A DNA stretch of 43,651 bases from Burkholderiales bacterium (GCA_036771335.1 DAIPHN010000002.1:1-43651); one strand, 5' to 3'. Shown: positions 17,112-29,405, counted from the first letter of the stretch. Notes: generated from the sequence alone by a model not told the origin. Numbers and translations are program-made.

Positions 17112-18601
17112 GGGGATATCCCCGGGGTGCGCTGTGCGCGGGCCGCCGCACGGGCGGCGAGCTCGCGCCACGCCGAGGCGCGCACGAAGTCGGCGCGCAC
17201 CCGCGGGTCCAGGGCATCGCGCACCGCGTCGGCGAACAGGTTGGCCGCCAGCACCAGCATCAGCATGAAGCCGAAGGCCGCCCCCAGGGACCACCACACC
17301 ACCGGCTCGCGGGCGAGTTCCAGGCGCGCCGCGTTGATCATGGTGCCGAAGCTGTTCATGGCCGGGTCCACGCCCACCCCCACGTAGGAGAGCACCGCCT
17401 CGGCCAGCACCAGCGAACTGAACCCCAGCACCGTGGAGATGATCACGATGTGCAGCACATTGGGCAGCACGTGCCGGGCGAGAATGCGCCACGGCCCCAC
17501 GCCAAAGGCTCGCGCCGCCTGCACGAACTCCAGCTCGCGCAGCTTGAGCGTCTCGCCGCGCAGCAGGCGGCACAGGCCCGTCCAGCTGGTGACGCCGAGA
17601 ATCACGCACAGGAACAACAGCCGGAAGTCGGCTCGCCGCGTGACCGAGTCAAAGGTTTCCGGCCGGGCATCCATATAGACCTGCATCATCAGCACCGCAG
17701 CTGCGATCAGGAGCACGCCCGGAATGGAACTGAGGGTGGTGTAGAGATACTGGATGACGTCGTCCACCCAGCCCCTGAAGTAGCCCGCCATCAACCCTAG
17801 CGCCAGGGCGAAGGGCAGCATCACCAGAGTGGTGACGGTGCCGATCACCAGGCCGGTGCGGATGCTCTTGAGGGCCAGGTAGAGCACGTCCTGGCCCACC
17901 TTGTCGGTGCCAAACACGTGGTAGCGGCCCGAAAGCACCATCAGCGGCCCCGCCGCCAGAAGGATGACGGCGGCGGTGACCAGCACGGCGCGCAGGGGCA
18001 CGTCCAGTTCTCCGCGCCACGCGGCCCCCGACACCTCCGCAAAGCTGCGGCCACGTGCCGCCGCCACCACGCCGGTGAGCAGCGAGGCGAACAGCACCCA
18101 GGCAAGCGCCGCGGCGGCCGCACCGCGCAGCGCGCTGGCGGCGATGTCGGCGCCGCGGTCGCGGGCCGGGTCCTTCAGGTGCGCGCCGCCGTGCTTCAGG
18201 CGCGGGTACTCCCGCGCCATGGTGCCGTCGGACCGGGTGACCGATTCCTTCGAGTGGCCGTAGGCGGCGAAGGGCGCGGAAAAGGTGCGCTCCTGGCGCT
18301 GGCGCAGCGGTGCCGCCAGGGCATCGAGGGCGGATAACACCTCCGGCGACCAGCGCTGCCCCGCAATTCCGGGCTCGGGAGGCAGCGCGCTGCGGAAGTG
18401 CAGGCAGTCGAGCAGCCCCACGGCCACGAAACAGGCCAGCACCGTGGCAGCCACCATGCCGCTGGTGGACCGAGCCACCTTGCGCCAGGGAGCGCGCAGG
18501 TGCTCGCGCGAGACCGTCATCCACGCGAACGCCGCCACACAGGCGAGCAGCGCGAACACCAGCGCATCGGTCCAGAGAATGACGGGCAGGAGAGGCATCA
18601 T
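17108..18601 (-). CDS. ABC peptide transporter permease (YejE-like) with a long N-terminal extension
   Basis: The C-terminal roughly 290 aa is a typical DppC/OppC-type permease (...FGTDKVGQDVLY...VLPNVLH...). It is preceded by about 200 aa containing extra hydrophobic segments. Confidence 0.8.
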   Translation of the reverse strand: MMPLLPVILWTDALVFALLACVAAFAWMTVSREHLRAPWRKVARSTSGMVAATVLACFVAVGLLDCLHFRSALPPEPGIAGQRWSPEVLSALDALAAPLRQRQERTFSAPFAAYGHSKESVTRSDGTMAREYPRLKHGGAHLKDPARDRGADIAASALRGAAAAALAWVLFASLLTGVVAAARGRSFAEVSGAAWRGELDVPLRAVLVTAAVILLAAGPLMVLSGRYHVFGTDKVGQDVLYLALKSIRTGLVIGTVTTLVMLPFALALGLMAGYFRGWVDDVIQYLYTTLSSIPGVLLIAAAVLMMQVYMDARPETFDSVTRRADFRLLFLCVILGVTSWTGLCRLLRGETLKLRELEFVQAARAFGVGPWRILARHVLPNVLHIVIISTVLGFSSLVLAEAVLSYVGVGVDPAMNSFGTMINAARLELAREPVVWWSLGAAFGFMLMLVLAANLFADAVRDALDPRVRADFVRASAWRELAARAAARAQRTPGISP

Positions 18602-19578
18602 TCAAACCGGATGCGCGGGTCCACCATCGTGTAGGACAGGTCGGTGAGCACCAGCCCGACGATGTACAGCACCGAACCCAGGAACACCATGCTGCGAACC
18701 ACCGCGAAGTCCTGGGCATTGATGGCGTCGATGGTGTAGCTGCCCAGCCCGGGGATGCCGAAGAACGATTCCATCACCAGGCTGCCCAGGAACAGCGACG
18801 GGATCACCACCACCACCCCGGTGAGGATGGGAATGAGCGCGTTGCGCAGCACATGGCGGACCATCACCCGCGCCTCGCTCAAGCCCCGGGCCCGGGCGGT
18901 GCGCACGTAGTCGCGCCCCATCTCCTCGAGAAAGATGGTGCGGTACCAGCGGCTGCTTTCGCCGAAGCCCGCCACCAGTGCCACGGCCACGGGCAGCACC
19001 ATGAAACGCCACGCCGCCAGCCCTTCAGCGAAGCCCGAGATGGGCACCAGGTTCCACAACTTGCTCACCAGATACTGGCCGCCGATGATATAGAACATGC
19101 CCGAGATGGACATGGCCACCACGCACAACACCACGCCAGCGAAGTCCAAGGCCGTGGCCCGGAACAGCGCCATCAGCAACGCGAAGCTCACGTAGGCCGC
19201 CAGCCCCACCAGGAACACCGGCAGGGCGATGGCCAGGCTCGGACCCATGCGGCGGCCAATCTCCTCCAGGATGTCGCGCCCGTCGGACTCGGCCTTGCCG
19301 AACTCGAAGGCGAACAGCTTCACCGAGTGGTCAAAGAAAATGGTGTCAGTGGCCTTCGCCGTGCCCTGAGCCGCGTTGTTCCAGAGCACCGGCCGGTCAT
19401 AGCCGCGCTCGCGCTTCCAGCGCTCGATGGCCTCGGGCGTTACACGCTTCATGCCCAACTGCATGCGCGCCATGTCATCGGGCGTGTTGACCACGAAGAA
19501 CAGGGCGAAGGTGAGCAGATTTACGCCGATGAGAATCGGAATGGCGTAGAACAGGCGCCGCACCAGGTAGCCGAGCAT
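18598..19578 (-). CDS. ABC peptide transporter permease (YejB/DppB-like)
   Basis: MLGYLVRRLFYAIPILIGVNLLTFALFF... is the classic DppB-type N-terminus. Its stop overlaps the next start (ATGA). Confidence 0.85.
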   Translation of the reverse strand: MLGYLVRRLFYAIPILIGVNLLTFALFFVVNTPDDMARMQLGMKRVTPEAIERWKRERGYDRPVLWNNAAQGTAKATDTIFFDHSVKLFAFEFGKAESDGRDILEEIGRRMGPSLAIALPVFLVGLAAYVSFALLMALFRATALDFAGVVLCVVAMSISGMFYIIGGQYLVSKLWNLVPISGFAEGLAAWRFMVLPVAVALVAGFGESSRWYRTIFLEEMGRDYVRTARARGLSEARVMVRHVLRNALIPILTGVVVVIPSLFLGSLVMESFFGIPGLGSYTIDAINAQDFAVVRSMVFLGSVLYIVGLVLTDLSYTMVDPRIRFE

Positions 19579-19584
19579 GGCTAA

Positions 19585-21798
19585 TCAGCTCCCGCCGACT
19601 GCGGCAAGGCGCTCGATGCGCCGCTCGCGCCGCCGCCAGTAGGCCACAGCGGGCAGCGCCACCGCAGCCAGCGCCAGCGCACCGGCCACCAGCGGCCAGA
19701 GCACGGGGCGGTTCCAGGCGGCACGCTGCGCCTCGCGCTTCGCTGTGTCGATGCGCTGGTACTTGAGGAGGTTGTTGGCGATCTGGTTGGGCTTGCGGTT
19801 GCCCACCCAGCCGTGGGCCAGTCCGTATTCCTTGGGATGCAGGCCCCACAGCCAGGGGGCGTCGCGGCGCGCGATGTCGGCCATCTCGTCAATGATGGCC
19901 TGACGCTCGGGGCCGTTGTCCATGGCCTTCATGCGCTCGAACAGCCGGTCGAAGGCCGGGTTCTTCCAGTTGGCTGCGTTCTCGCCCTGGGCCTCCACCT
20001 TGGCCTGGGCGCCGTGCAGCAGGAACAGGAAATTCTCCGGGTCGGGATAGTCGGCGTTCCAGCCCCACTGGAAGATCTGGGCATTGCCCTTGCGAATCTT
20101 CTCCTGAAAGCGGTTGTAGTCGGTGGCGCGCACCACCAGGTTGATATCGAGCTTGCCGAACTGCTTGCGCAGCCAGTCCAGCCGCGCCTTGTCATCGGGC
20201 CCGCGGGCGGTGCTGTCCAGGTAGAGGGTGAGCGGCGCGCCAGTGGCCGCATCCATGCCGCCTGGATAACCGGCCTCGGCCAGCAGCCGCCGCGCCGCCT
20301 CGATGGGCTTGCGCCGGGCCGCTCCCTGCACCCATTCATACACCACGGGGTTGATACCCGCCTCGCCCTCGCGATACCCGAAGATGCCTGGCGGCAGCGG
20401 CCCCATGGCCGGAATGCCGCGCCCGTTGGCGAAAATGGCGATGTATTCCTCGTAGTCCACGGCGATGGAGATAGCGTGGCGCAACTTGCGCGCCCGCTCC
20501 GACTCGCCGCCCACTACCGAGTCGAGCATGTTGAAGCCCATGTAGAAGGTGGATGGCGCCACCGCCGTCCTGAGCTGGATGCCCTTGGCCTGCATTTCCT
20601 CGGTGAGCGTCACCTGTCCGCTACTGCCCACCTGCACCGCCTGGTCGAAGGCATCGGAGGTGATGCCCGAGGCGTCGTACCAGCCCTGCAGGAACTTGTT
20701 CCAGTAGGGGATCGCCTCCTTCTCCATGCTGAAGATGGCGCGGTCGATGAAGGGGATCGGCTTGCCGGCATCGGCCAGCAGCCCAGCCTCGCCGTCGGCG
20801 GCCTCGCCGTCGGCGGGGTAGGTTTCGCCGAAGAAGTTTGGGTTTCGCTCCAGAACCATGCGCCGGTTGGGATCGTTGACCACCAACATGTAGGGCCCCG
20901 CACCCACGGGGAACCAGTCGAGCGTGACATTGCGCGCCGCCAGCACCGGCTGGGCGTAGAAGCGCTCCGCCTCGAATGGCAGCGGCGCAAAGAACGGCAT
21001 GGCAAGCCAGTAGATGAACTGCGGGTAGCGGCCCTTGAGCATGACCCGGTAGGTGAGTTCATCCACCACCTCCACCCCCTCCAGGGGGAAGCGGCGCAAG
21101 TCGAGCCAGGCACCGCGGCCGGCGGTACGGTCGAGTTCTTCCTGAGCGTGCTTGAGGGTGTTGCCATACTCCTTTAGGCCAACGATGTAGTCGCTCATCA
21201 GGCCGAATATGGGCGAGTGCAGCTTCGGGTGGGCCAGCCGCTTGATCTGGTAAACGAAGTCCTCCGCTCGCACGGCACGAGCGCCCTGTTCGGCCAGTTC
21301 CATGGGCGAGCGCAGCCGCCCCGCCTCGACGTCAGCGATGGGTACGTAACGGGGGGTGCCATCGGCGCGCACCGCGAAGGCCGGGTGGGGCTGGTAGCGC
21401 AGGTCCGGGCGCAGCCTTACCTCGTAGACACTGAAGGCGATGCGCTCCGCGGGCGCACCAGCGCCCAGGTCCCGCCCCTGTGCATCCAGGTAGCGCACCT
21501 CCGGCAGCGCGGCGGCGGCGAAGGGCATTAGCGCGAAGGGCCGGCGCAGGTAGTGGTATTGCAGGGGCGGGGTGTAGATCTGCGCCGTGAACACGATTTC
21601 ATTGGAGCTGTAGGACTGCACCGGGTCTAGATGCTTGGGCCGCTCCGTGAAGGAAGAGTACAAGGTGTTGCTGCCCCGCTCGGCGGGCGGGTAGGGATCG
21701 TTCCAGGGGTGATCGCAGCCGCCCAGCACAATCCCCGCTATGCAGGCGGCAATCAGCCTCGAGGCAACGAGGGCGGGGGAGGAGATCGTGCCGCGCAT
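19585..21798 (-). CDS. Family-5 extracellular solute-binding protein (YejA-like)
   Basis: 737 aa. N-terminal lipobox ...IVLGG|CDHPW and family-5 SBP-like core motifs. There is also a hydrophobic C-terminal segment, [23 protein letters not shown], followed by RRRERR. Confidence 0.8.
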   Translation of the reverse strand: MRGTISSPALVASRLIAACIAGIVLGGCDHPWNDPYPPAERGSNTLYSSFTERPKHLDPVQSYSSNEIVFTAQIYTPPLQYHYLRRPFALMPFAAAALPEVRYLDAQGRDLGAGAPAERIAFSVYEVRLRPDLRYQPHPAFAVRADGTPRYVPIADVEAGRLRSPMELAEQGARAVRAEDFVYQIKRLAHPKLHSPIFGLMSDYIVGLKEYGNTLKHAQEELDRTAGRGAWLDLRRFPLEGVEVVDELTYRVMLKGRYPQFIYWLAMPFFAPLPFEAERFYAQPVLAARNVTLDWFPVGAGPYMLVVNDPNRRMVLERNPNFFGETYPADGEAADGEAGLLADAGKPIPFIDRAIFSMEKEAIPYWNKFLQGWYDASGITSDAFDQAVQVGSSGQVTLTEEMQAKGIQLRTAVAPSTFYMGFNMLDSVVGGESERARKLRHAISIAVDYEEYIAIFANGRGIPAMGPLPPGIFGYREGEAGINPVVYEWVQGAARRKPIEAARRLLAEAGYPGGMDAATGAPLTLYLDSTARGPDDKARLDWLRKQFGKLDINLVVRATDYNRFQEKIRKGNAQIFQWGWNADYPDPENFLFLLHGAQAKVEAQGENAANWKNPAFDRLFERMKAMDNGPERQAIIDEMADIARRDAPWLWGLHPKEYGLAHGWVGNRKPNQIANNLLKYQRIDTAKREAQRAAWNRPVLWPLVAGALALAAVALPAVAYWRRRERRIERLAAVGGS

Positions 21799-21897
21799 TG
21801 GTTGTGGGTGGGACAGGTGGAACGACCGGGGCGCCGCGCGACGGAACCACAGGCGGCGGCACCTATAATAGTCGCCTTATTCACGCGAGGAAAACGA

Positions 21898-22683
21898 ATG
21901 GGCTTCCTGCAGGACAAGAAGATCCTGATCACCGGCATGCTCAGTAACCGGTCCATCGCCTACGGCATTGCCCGGGCGGCACGCCGCGAGGGCGCCGAAT
22001 TGGCCTTCACCTACCAGGGCGAGAGGGTACGCGAGCGGGTGATGGACCTGGCTGCCGAGTTCGGCACCTCGCTGGTGTTCGGCTGCGACGTGGCCTCGGA
22101 TGAAGAGATCGCGGCGCTGTTCGCGCAACTGGGGAGCGCGTGGGACGGTCTGGACGGCCTGGTGCATTCCATCGCCTTTGCGCCCCGGGAGGCCCTGTCG
22201 GGCGATTTTCTCGACAGTGTCAATCGGGAAGCCTTCCGCATCTCCCACGACGTCAGCGCCTACAGTTTCGCGGCGCTCGCCAAGGCGGCCCGTCCCATGC
22301 TGCTGGGGCGCCAGGGCGCCTTGCTCACCCTGAGCTACCTGGGCGCCGAGCGGTCGCTGCCTAATTACAACGTCATGGGACTGGCCAAAGCGAGCCTTGA
22401 GGCTGCGGTGCGCTACATGGCTCAGAGCCTGGGGCCCCAGGGCATCCGGGTGAACGCCATCTCTGCCGGGCCCATCAAGACCCTCGCTGCGGCAGGAATC
22501 GGCAATTTCGGGAAGATCCTTTCTCTCAACGAAAAGACCGCCCCGCTCCGCCGCAACGTGAGCATCGAGGACGTGGGCAACGCATCGGCCTTTCTGCTTA
22601 GCCAGTTGGCCGCGGGCATCACGGGCGAGGTACTGCATGTGGACGCGGGCTTCAGCACAACAGCGCTGGCGCCGCTGGAGTAA
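21898..22683 (+). CDS. fabI: Enoyl-[acyl-carrier-protein] reductase (NADH)
   Basis: [25 protein letters not shown]...[24 protein letters not shown]...[20 protein letters not shown] lies at 21864-21869 upstream. Confidence 0.93.
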   Translation: MGFLQDKKILITGMLSNRSIAYGIARAARREGAELAFTYQGERVRERVMDLAAEFGTSLVFGCDVASDEEIAALFAQLGSAWDGLDGLVHSIAFAPREALSGDFLDSVNREAFRISHDVSAYSFAALAKAARPMLLGRQGALLTLSYLGAERSLPNYNVMGLAKASLEAAVRYMAQSLGPQGIRVNAISAGPIKTLAAAGIGNFGKILSLNEKTAPLRRNVSIEDVGNASAFLLSQLAAGITGEVLHVDAGFSTTALAPLE

Positions 22684-22722
22684 GTAGGGCCGCCGTAAGT
22701 CAAGGCGGCGTAGCGCCTGCTA

Positions 22723-24630
22723 TCAAGGACTCTTTCTCTCCACCTTCGAAGCGTCGATAGTCACTCCTGCGCCAGCCTTGACCGCAGCCGTGTACGCCTC
22801 GAGCTGCTGCTGGGCGGCCAGTTGCGAGATCTGCTTCTGCAGGGCCTTGATCTCCTCCGCACCCACCGGCTTGCCCTCGACCACCTTGCTGACCCGATAG
22901 ATGACGTAGCGCCCGTCGGCCGCCTTGGTGCCCACGAAGGCCGGCAGCTTGGCACCATCGGCGCCGAACACCTCGCGTGCCGCCTCCGGAAGCACGGCAC
23001 CGGGCGCCTGCAGGGATACCAGTTGAGGCGCCTCGAAAGCCGAACCCGCGACGCCACCCTTGCGCAACCGCTCCAGGGCAGCTTTCCCCTCTTCCTCGGC
23101 GCGCTTGCGAGCCCGCTCCCCCATCAGCACCACGACAATATCGGACTTCACCTGCTCGAAGGGCAGGAAGTCTGCGGACTTGTGCTCCAAAACCCGGGCG
23201 GCAACGAAGGTCCCGTCGCCCATGTCCACCGCTTCGGTGTTGCGCTTGTTCTTGATGGCGTCATCGGAAAAGATCTTGCTCAGCAATGCCGGCTTGGAAA
23301 GCTGCGCGTTGCCGCCGCCATTACGCGTGATCCAGTCGCTGGTTTGGATAGTGAGCTTGAGGGCCTCCGCGGCCGGTTTCAGGCTGTCAGCTTGGTCGTA
23401 GACGAGGTTCTGGAAATTCTCCACGGCTTCTGCGAACACCTTGCTGAGCTTGGGCTTGCGAACCTCCTGCTCGATCTCGCCGCGCACCTTGTCCAGCGGC
23501 GTAACTTCTTTGGGCTTGATTGCATCAAGCCGGATGATGTGAAAGCCGAACTGGGTTTCAACTGGTCCGGCAATTTCACCCGCTCGCAACGCGAACAGAG
23601 CGTCCTCAAAGGGCTTGACCATGACGCCGCGTCCCACGAAGCCCAAGTCGCCGCCACTGGCGGCCGAACCGGGATCCTGCGAATTGGCGCGGGCCAGCGC
23701 GGCGAATCGCTGGGGCGCCTTGCGCGCGTCCAGCAAAACGGCCTCGGCCTTGGCGTTGGCGGCAGCCCTGGCCTCCGGAGCGGCGTCCTTGGTAACCGCC
23801 AGCAGAATATGACTCGCGCGGCGTTCCTCAGGCTTGGTGAACTGGTCCAGGCGGTCGTCGTAGAAGACCTTCACTTCCTCGGCGGTGACGACCACGTTCT
23901 GCTCAAGTGCTTGCGCCCCGAGCACCAAGTACTCCACCCTCGCCCGCTCAGGAATGGAGAACTGCTGACGCTTCTCTTCGTAGAACTTCGTCAGCTCCGC
24001 TTCGCCAGGAGGCTCGCCCCCCATATAACGCGCTGGCGAGAACACCCATTGACTGACTTCGCGCTGCTGCTCACGAATGCGGCCGAGCCGCTCGGAAACG
24101 GTGGCGGTAACGAAATTCGTCCGGGTGATGGCGTCACGAAGTTGGGATAAAGCGAGATCTCGGCGAATCCGATCTTCGAAAGCGGACGGGGAAAGACCCT
24201 CGCGCTTGATCACATCCCGGTAGCTCTGTTCGGAAAACTTTCCCGTGGCCCGATCCCGGAACGCGGGAAGCTCGGTAATCACCTCTGCAAGCTGGGCGTC
24301 GGTGGCTGTCATTCCTTGACCTAGGGCATGGGCCAGCATGGCGCGGTTTTCCACGAGGGCGTTGATCACGCCATTTCTCACCTCGTTGCTGTTCAGGATG
24401 GCCTCATCTGCTTTTCCCTGCATCATCAGACGCAACTGGTCCTGCCGCTCGCGCAGGGCGGCCTCGAAGTCCTGGGTGGAGATGCGCGTGCCGGCTACTT
24501 TTGCTACGGGAGCGCCGCTGCCCGTGCCCACAAAATAGTCATACACGCCAAACATGGCGAAAGTCGGCACGATCAGCAAGAGCAGAACCAGCTGCAGCCA
24601 ACGCTTGTGCTTGTTAACCCAATCGAACAT
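22723..24630 (-). CDS. ppiD: Periplasmic chaperone / peptidyl-prolyl isomerase PpiD
   Basis: The N-terminal anchor is [30 protein letters not shown] parvulin-like segment follows (...RASHILL...[21 protein letters not shown]...). 635 aa, at the position after hupB as in E. coli. Confidence 0.9.
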   Translation of the reverse strand: MFDWVNKHKRWLQLVLLLLIVPTFAMFGVYDYFVGTGSGAPVAKVAGTRISTQDFEAALRERQDQLRLMMQGKADEAILNSNEVRNGVINALVENRAMLAHALGQGMTATDAQLAEVITELPAFRDRATGKFSEQSYRDVIKREGLSPSAFEDRIRRDLALSQLRDAITRTNFVTATVSERLGRIREQQREVSQWVFSPARYMGGEPPGEAELTKFYEEKRQQFSIPERARVEYLVLGAQALEQNVVVTAEEVKVFYDDRLDQFTKPEERRASHILLAVTKDAAPEARAAANAKAEAVLLDARKAPQRFAALARANSQDPGSAASGGDLGFVGRGVMVKPFEDALFALRAGEIAGPVETQFGFHIIRLDAIKPKEVTPLDKVRGEIEQEVRKPKLSKVFAEAVENFQNLVYDQADSLKPAAEALKLTIQTSDWITRNGGGNAQLSKPALLSKIFSDDAIKNKRNTEAVDMGDGTFVAARVLEHKSADFLPFEQVKSDIVVVLMGERARKRAEEEGKAALERLRKGGVAGSAFEAPQLVSLQAPGAVLPEAAREVFGADGAKLPAFVGTKAADGRYVIYRVSKVVEGKPVGAEEIKALQKQISQLAAQQQLEAYTAAVKAGAGVTIDASKVERKSP

Positions 24631-24712
24631 GGCGTGAAGGTTTCCCCGGAAAGCTGCAACAGTGAGGACCCGGGGATTGCGCGGAGTGCCCCGGACGGCG
24701 GGACCACCAACG

Positions 24713-24737
24713 AAAAAGGCGAACTGGCGTTCGCCTT
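24713..24737 (-). terminator. Rho-independent terminator after the tRNA-Val/tRNA-Asp pair
   Basis: The minus strand reads AAGGCGAAC-gcca-GTTCGCCTT followed by TTTTT: a 9-bp perfect stem, a 4-nt loop and a U-tract, 13 nt past the tRNA-Asp 3' end. Confidence 0.7.
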
Positions 24738-24749
24738 CCTCGCATTGAT

Positions 24750-24826
24750 TGGCGGAGTGGACGGGACTCGAACCCGCGACCCCCGGCGTGACAGGCCGGT
24801 ATTCTAACCAACTGAACTACCACTCC
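24750..24826 (-). tRNA. tRNA-Asp (anticodon GUC)
   Basis: Reverse complement reads GGAGTGGTAGTTCAGTTGGTTAGAATACCGGCCTGTCACGCCGGGGGTCGCGGGTTCGAGTCCCGTCCACTCCGCCA. Confidence 0.95.
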
Positions 24827-24880
24827 GTGCATCCATGGCCTCCGCGACATTCGCGGAACCACAACCTAGCTACCTGTAAC

Positions 24881-24956
24881 TGGTGGGTGCTGACGGGATC
24901 GAACCGCCGACATTCGCCTTGTAAGGGCGACGCTCTACCAGCTGAGCTAAGCACCC
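24881..24956 (-). tRNA. tRNA-Val (anticodon UAC)
   Basis: Reverse complement reads GGGTGCTTAGCTCAGCTGGTAGAGCGTCGCCCTTACAAGGCGAATGTCGGCGGTTCGATCCCGTCAGCACCCACCA. Confidence 0.95.
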
Positions 24957-25021
24957 AGGAAAGGGTGCCTCAGACCTTCCACTGGCAAGAATATAATTAC
25001 ATCACCTCATCATGAAGAGCG

Positions 25022-25294
25022 CTATTTTAGCGCGTCCTTCAAGGCCTTTCCAGCGCGAAACTTGGGCACCTTTGCAGCCTTTATCTTGATAGCCGCGCCG
25101 GTGCGCGGGTTACGCCCGCTGCGTGCTGCACGCTTGCCCACATAAAACGACCCAAAGCCCACAAGCGTGACGGTTCCGCCCTTGCGAAGCGCGGTCTTGA
25201 TGGAGGAAACGGTCGCATCGAGCGCCCTTCCAGCCGCGGCCTTTGAAATGTCTGCGTGCTTTGCGATAGCGTCGATGAGTTCGAGCTTGTTCAC
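25022..25294 (-). CDS. hupB: DNA-binding protein HU-beta
   Basis: [27 protein letters not shown]...[24 protein letters not shown]...[15 protein letters not shown]. 90 aa. Confidence 0.95.
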   Translation of the reverse strand: MNKLELIDAIAKHADISKAAAGRALDATVSSIKTALRKGGTVTLVGFGSFYVGKRAARSGRNPRTGAAIKIKAAKVPKFRAGKALKDALK

Positions 25295-25463
25295 TGGATC
25301 ACCCCTGTCTTTTCGTCAAGCAAGTTGGTAAGGCAATGGAAAACGTGGCGAGCGCACATGCCCAAACCCTCGAGTCCCGGTGGCGCAGAAGTGCACTCAC
25401 AGGTACGTCCCGGGCAAAGCCAAGAACCCCACCAAGCCACATCTACGCCTCGTACAGAGCACC

Positions 25464-25495
25464 TTTATATATCCTGTTGCCAGAAAACGTGTCAA
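25464..25495 (-). promoter_or_regulatory. Candidate sigma70 promoter upstream of hupB
   Basis: The minus strand has a perfect -35 TTGACA (25490-25495), then 17-18 nt, then ATATATAAA. The -10 is imperfect and the leader would be about 170 nt. Confidence 0.3.
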
Positions 25496-25559
25496 GGAAA
25501 GGGGGCCGCCAGCGAGCCCCGAGCCCCGAACCACGAGCCTGTCGTGACCAGCACCCGAC

Positions 25560-27989
25560 TCAGTGCTTGATGGCGTTAGCCGCCGGCGCGGTCGGTTCAA
25601 CGGGCAGCGGCGCTACTGCTGCCGTCTCGGGCTTATCCGGTAGGGGCTGCGGCATCCGCTCGAGGGCAAGTTCCAGCACCTGATCGATCCACTTCACCGG
25701 ATGGATGTCGAGCCGGTTCTTGATGTTGTCCGGGATCTCGGCCAGGTCCTTGGCATTCTCCTCGGGGATCAGCACGAGCTTGATTCCACCACGGGTGGCT
25801 GCCAGCAGCTTTTCCTTCAGCCCACCGATGGGCAGCACTTCGCCCCGCAACGTAATCTCTCCGGTCATGGCTACATCGGCCCGCACCGGGATGCCGGTGA
25901 GCAGGGAAACCATGGCCGTGCAGATGGCGATGCCCGCGCTCGGACCATCCTTCGGCGTGGCGCCCTCCGGCAGGTGAATGTGGATATCGCTGCTCTGATA
26001 GAAATCTTCCTTGACGCCGAGCTTCTGGGACCGGCTGCGCACCACCGTGAGGGCGGCCTGAATGGATTCCTGCATGACCTCACCCAGCTTGCCGGTGGTG
26101 ACCATCTTTCCCTTCCCTGGCATCACCGCGCTTTCGATGGTGAGAAGCTCCCCGCCCACCTCGGTCCACGCAAGACCGGTTACCTGCCCCACCTGGTTCT
26201 GCTTTTCTGCCATCCCAAAGGTGTAGCGGCGCACGCCAAGGAACTTGTCTAGGTTGCGCGCAGTGACCTGGAGCGCGGACTCGCGCTTCTTGAGCAGGAG
26301 CGACTTGACCACCTTGCGGGATATCTTGGAGATCTCGCGCTCCAGGGCCCGCACGCCCGCCTCGCGGGTGTAGTAGCGAATGATGTCGCGGATCGCGCTC
26401 TCCGAAACGTTGCACTCATGTTCCTTGAGCCCGTGGTTCTTCATCTGCTTGGGAAGCAGGTAGCGCATGGCGATGTTCACCTTCTCGTCCTCCGTGTAGC
26501 CGGACAGGCGAATAACTTCCATGCGGTCGAGCAGAGGGGCTGGAATATTCATCGTGTTCGCGGTAGCCACGAACATCACGTCGGACAGATCGTAGTCCAC
26601 CTCCACGTAGTGATCCACGAAGGTGTGGTTCTGCTCCGGGTCCAAGACTTCGAGCAGCGCCGACGCCGGGTCGCCGCGGAAATCCATGCCCATCTTGTCC
26701 ACTTCGTCAAGAAGGAAAAGCGGGTTGCGCACGCCCACCTTAGTCATGTTCTGCAGGATCTTGCCTGGCATGGACCCTATGTAGGTGCGCCGATGGCCGC
26801 GGACCTCCGCCTCATCACGTACCCCGCCAAGTGACATGCGCACGAACTTGCGGTTGGTGGCGCGGGCGATGGACTGCCCCAGGGAGGTCTTGCCAACCCC
26901 AGGCGGCCCCACTAGGCAAAGGATCGGCGCCTTGACCTTGTCGACCCGCTGCTGCACGGCCAGATACTCCAGGATCCTCTCCTTGACCTTCTCCAGGCCG
27001 TAGTGATCCTGTTCGAGCACAGTCTCTGCGGCTGCGAGATCCCGAGATATCTTGCTCTTCTTCTTCCACGGCAAACCCACCAGGGCGTCGATATAGTTGC
27101 GCACCACCGTCGCCTCGGCCGACATGGGCGACATCAGGCGCAGTTTCTTCAGTTCCGCCTCGGCCTTGGCACGTGCCTCCTTGGGCATCTGCGCGCCCTT
27201 GATACGCTTCTCCATTTCATCGAGATCCTGGCCCTCGTCCAGATCGCCAAGCTCCTTCTGGATTGCCTTAACTTGCTCGTTCAGGTAGTACTCGCGTTGG
27301 CTCTTCTCCATCTGGCGCTTCACGCGTCCGCGAATCCGCTTCTCGACCTGGAGAATGTCCAGCTCAGCCTCCAGCAATGACAGAAGGTGTTCGAGCCGGC
27401 GGCGCACGTCGATCATTTCCAGAACCGCCTGCTTCTGCTCGAGCTTGAGTGGCAGGTGTGCCGCAATCGTGTCGGCCAGCCGCCCGGCCTCATCGATGCC
27501 CGCCAGGGATGTGAGGATCTCGGGCGGGATCTTCTTGTTGAGCTTCACGTACTGGTCGAACTGGGCAATCATGGCGCGCCGCATGGCCTCGCTCTCATGC
27601 CTCTGCTCGGCGGAAAGCGCGTCTTGCGGCACCGCAGCCGCCTCGGCGGAGAAATGCGTGTGCAAGTCCTCCACGTGGAGGACATTGGCGCGTTGCACAC
27701 CTTCCACCAGAACCTTGACGGTGCCATCGGGAAGCTTGAGCATCTGCAGAATGTTGGCGACGCTGCCAACGTGATAAAGGTCCTCCTCGCCCGGTTCGTC
27801 CTTGGCTGCGGACTTCTGCGCCACCAGCAGGATGCTCTTGCCCGCCTCCATGGCGCTCTCCAGAGCCTTGATGGACTTTGGGCGCCCCACGAACAGGGGA
27901 ATCACCATGTGCGGGAACACTACCACGTCGCGCAGCGGCAGTAGCGGCAACGAAAGCAGGTTCTCGGCGGCTTGTGGAAACTGGCTCAT
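25560..27989 (-). CDS. lon: ATP-dependent Lon protease
   Basis: The start is [28 protein letters not shown], with GAGGTGAG upstream. Walker A is [11 protein letters not shown] and the protease site is ...[10 protein letters not shown]... 809 aa. Confidence 0.95.
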   Translation of the reverse strand: MSQFPQAAENLLSLPLLPLRDVVVFPHMVIPLFVGRPKSIKALESAMEAGKSILLVAQKSAAKDEPGEEDLYHVGSVANILQMLKLPDGTVKVLVEGVQRANVLHVEDLHTHFSAEAAAVPQDALSAEQRHESEAMRRAMIAQFDQYVKLNKKIPPEILTSLAGIDEAGRLADTIAAHLPLKLEQKQAVLEMIDVRRRLEHLLSLLEAELDILQVEKRIRGRVKRQMEKSQREYYLNEQVKAIQKELGDLDEGQDLDEMEKRIKGAQMPKEARAKAEAELKKLRLMSPMSAEATVVRNYIDALVGLPWKKKSKISRDLAAAETVLEQDHYGLEKVKERILEYLAVQQRVDKVKAPILCLVGPPGVGKTSLGQSIARATNRKFVRMSLGGVRDEAEVRGHRRTYIGSMPGKILQNMTKVGVRNPLFLLDEVDKMGMDFRGDPASALLEVLDPEQNHTFVDHYVEVDYDLSDVMFVATANTMNIPAPLLDRMEVIRLSGYTEDEKVNIAMRYLLPKQMKNHGLKEHECNVSESAIRDIIRYYTREAGVRALEREISKISRKVVKSLLLKKRESALQVTARNLDKFLGVRRYTFGMAEKQNQVGQVTGLAWTEVGGELLTIESAVMPGKGKMVTTGKLGEVMQESIQAALTVVRSRSQKLGVKEDFYQSSDIHIHLPEGATPKDGPSAGIAICTAMVSLLTGIPVRADVAMTGEITLRGEVLPIGGLKEKLLAATRGGIKLVLIPEENAKDLAEIPDNIKNRLDIHPVKWIDQVLELALERMPQPLPDKPETAAVAPLPVEPTAPAANAIKH

Positions 27990-28139
27990 GGAACTCACCT
28001 CGGATGTATTCTCGTTACCTTGGGGACATTGGGCGTCGAAGACCACATTTCAACCTACCCGGAAGCGACATACACACCCACGACCCCGACGACGCGCCCC
28101 GGAAGGGCGCCCACCCTATCGAACCGCCTGGCCGGTGGA

Positions 28140-29405
28140 TCATGCGGAGCCCGCGACCTTGGGCTGATCCGAATAAATCAGGATCGGCTTTACGTCGCCG
28201 GTGATCGTGCCCTCGTCGATGACGGCCTTTTGCACATTCTTGATGGAGGGGAGGTCGAACATCGTGTCAAGCAACACGTGCTCGAGAATGGAGCGCAGCC
28301 CACGGGCCCCGGTCTTGCGCTGAAGCGCCTTGCGTGAGATCGCCAATAGCGCGTCGTCGCGGATCTCCAGTTCTACGCCCTCCATCTGAAACATCCGCTG
28401 ATACTGCTTGATCAGGGCATTCTTTGGTTCGGTAAGGATCTGGATGAGGGCTTTCTCGTCGAGTTCTTCGAGCGTGGCAACCACCGGCAGCCGTCCCACG
28501 AACTCGGGGATCAGGCCGTACTTGATGAGATCCTCGGGCTCCACGTTGCGAAGGACCGCCGAGATATCCTTGCGGTTGTCGCGGCTCTTCACCTCCGCGC
28601 CGAAGCCGATGCCGCCCCTCTCCGATCGTGAACGGATGATCTTGTCCAGTCCATCGAAGGCCCCGCCACAGATGAACAGGATGTTCGTGGTATCTACCTG
28701 TACGAACTCCTGGTTGGGGTGCTTGCGGCCGCCCTGCGGCGGGACCGAAGCAATCGTGCCCTCAATGAGCTTGAGCAGCGCCTGCTGGACGCCCTCGCCC
28801 GATACGTCTCGGGTGATGGAGGGGTTATCGGACTTGCGAGAGATCTTGTCGATCTCGTCGATGTAGACAATGCCTCGCTGGGCCTTGTCCACGTCGTAGT
28901 CGCATTTCTGCAGGAGCTTCTGGATGATGTTTTCCACATCTTCGCCCACATAGCCCGCCTCGGTGAGCGTGGTAGCGTCTGCCATCACAAAGGGCACGTT
29001 GAGCAAACGCGCCAGCGTTTGGGCGAGCAGAGTCTTGCCGGAGCCGGTGGGCCCGACCAGCAAGATGTTGCTCTTGGAGAGCTCGACATCATCTTTCTTG
29101 GAGACGGTCTTCAGGCGCTTGTAGTGGTTGTAGACGGCCACTGAGAGAATCTTCTTCGCCTGGTCCTGTCCGATGACGTACTGGTCTAGGATCGAGCGGA
29201 TCTCGGACGGTACGGGAAGGTCCGAGCGGTTACCCTTGGCAGCAGCATCGCCGCTGGTTTCCTCGCGAATGATGTCGTTGCAGAGTTCGATGCACTCGTC
29301 GCAGATAAACACCGAGGGACCCGCAATCAACTTGCGAACCTCGTGCTGGCTCTTGCCGCAAAAAGAACAGTAGAGAAGCTTTTCTCCGGAGGGCTTTTCC
29401 GACAT
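28140..29405 (-). CDS. clpX: ATP-dependent Clp protease ATP-binding subunit ClpX
   Basis: Zn-finger [26 protein letters not shown] and Walker [12 protein letters not shown]. 421 aa. Confidence 0.95.
   Translation of the reverse strand: MSEKPSGEKLLYCSFCGKSQHEVRKLIAGPSVFICDECIELCNDIIREETSGDAAAKGNRSDLPVPSEIRSILDQYVIGQDQAKKILSVAVYNHYKRLKTVSKKDDVELSKSNILLVGPTGSGKTLLAQTLARLLNVPFVMADATTLTEAGYVGEDVENIIQKLLQKCDYDVDKAQRGIVYIDEIDKISRKSDNPSITRDVSGEGVQQALLKLIEGTIASVPPQGGRKHPNQEFVQVDTTNILFICGGAFDGLDKIIRSRSERGGIGFGAEVKSRDNRKDISAVLRNVEPEDLIKYGLIPEFVGRLPVVATLEELDEKALIQILTEPKNALIKQYQRMFQMEGVELEIRDDALLAISRKALQRKTGARGLRSILEHVLLDTMFDLPSIKNVQKAVIDEGTITGDVKPILIYSDQPKVAGSA

Noticed and set aside
10276-17609. Over-long ORF-track models: the 393-aa ORF at 10276-11457 and the 839-aa ORF at 15090-17609.
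   Set aside because: Their N-terminal parts overlap rnhA and the YejE-like permease in other frames and contain no motifs. Internal GTG starts at 11040 and 17111 give canonical DnaQ and YejF-like N-termini with RBS or stop-start coupling.
28021-28053. Sigma32 heat-shock promoter upstream of lon: on the minus strand, TTGAAA at 28048-28053 and CCCCA at 28021-28025.
   Set aside because: The spacer is 22 nt, whereas the roughly 13-17 nt expected is much shorter, so the match is not credible as it stands.
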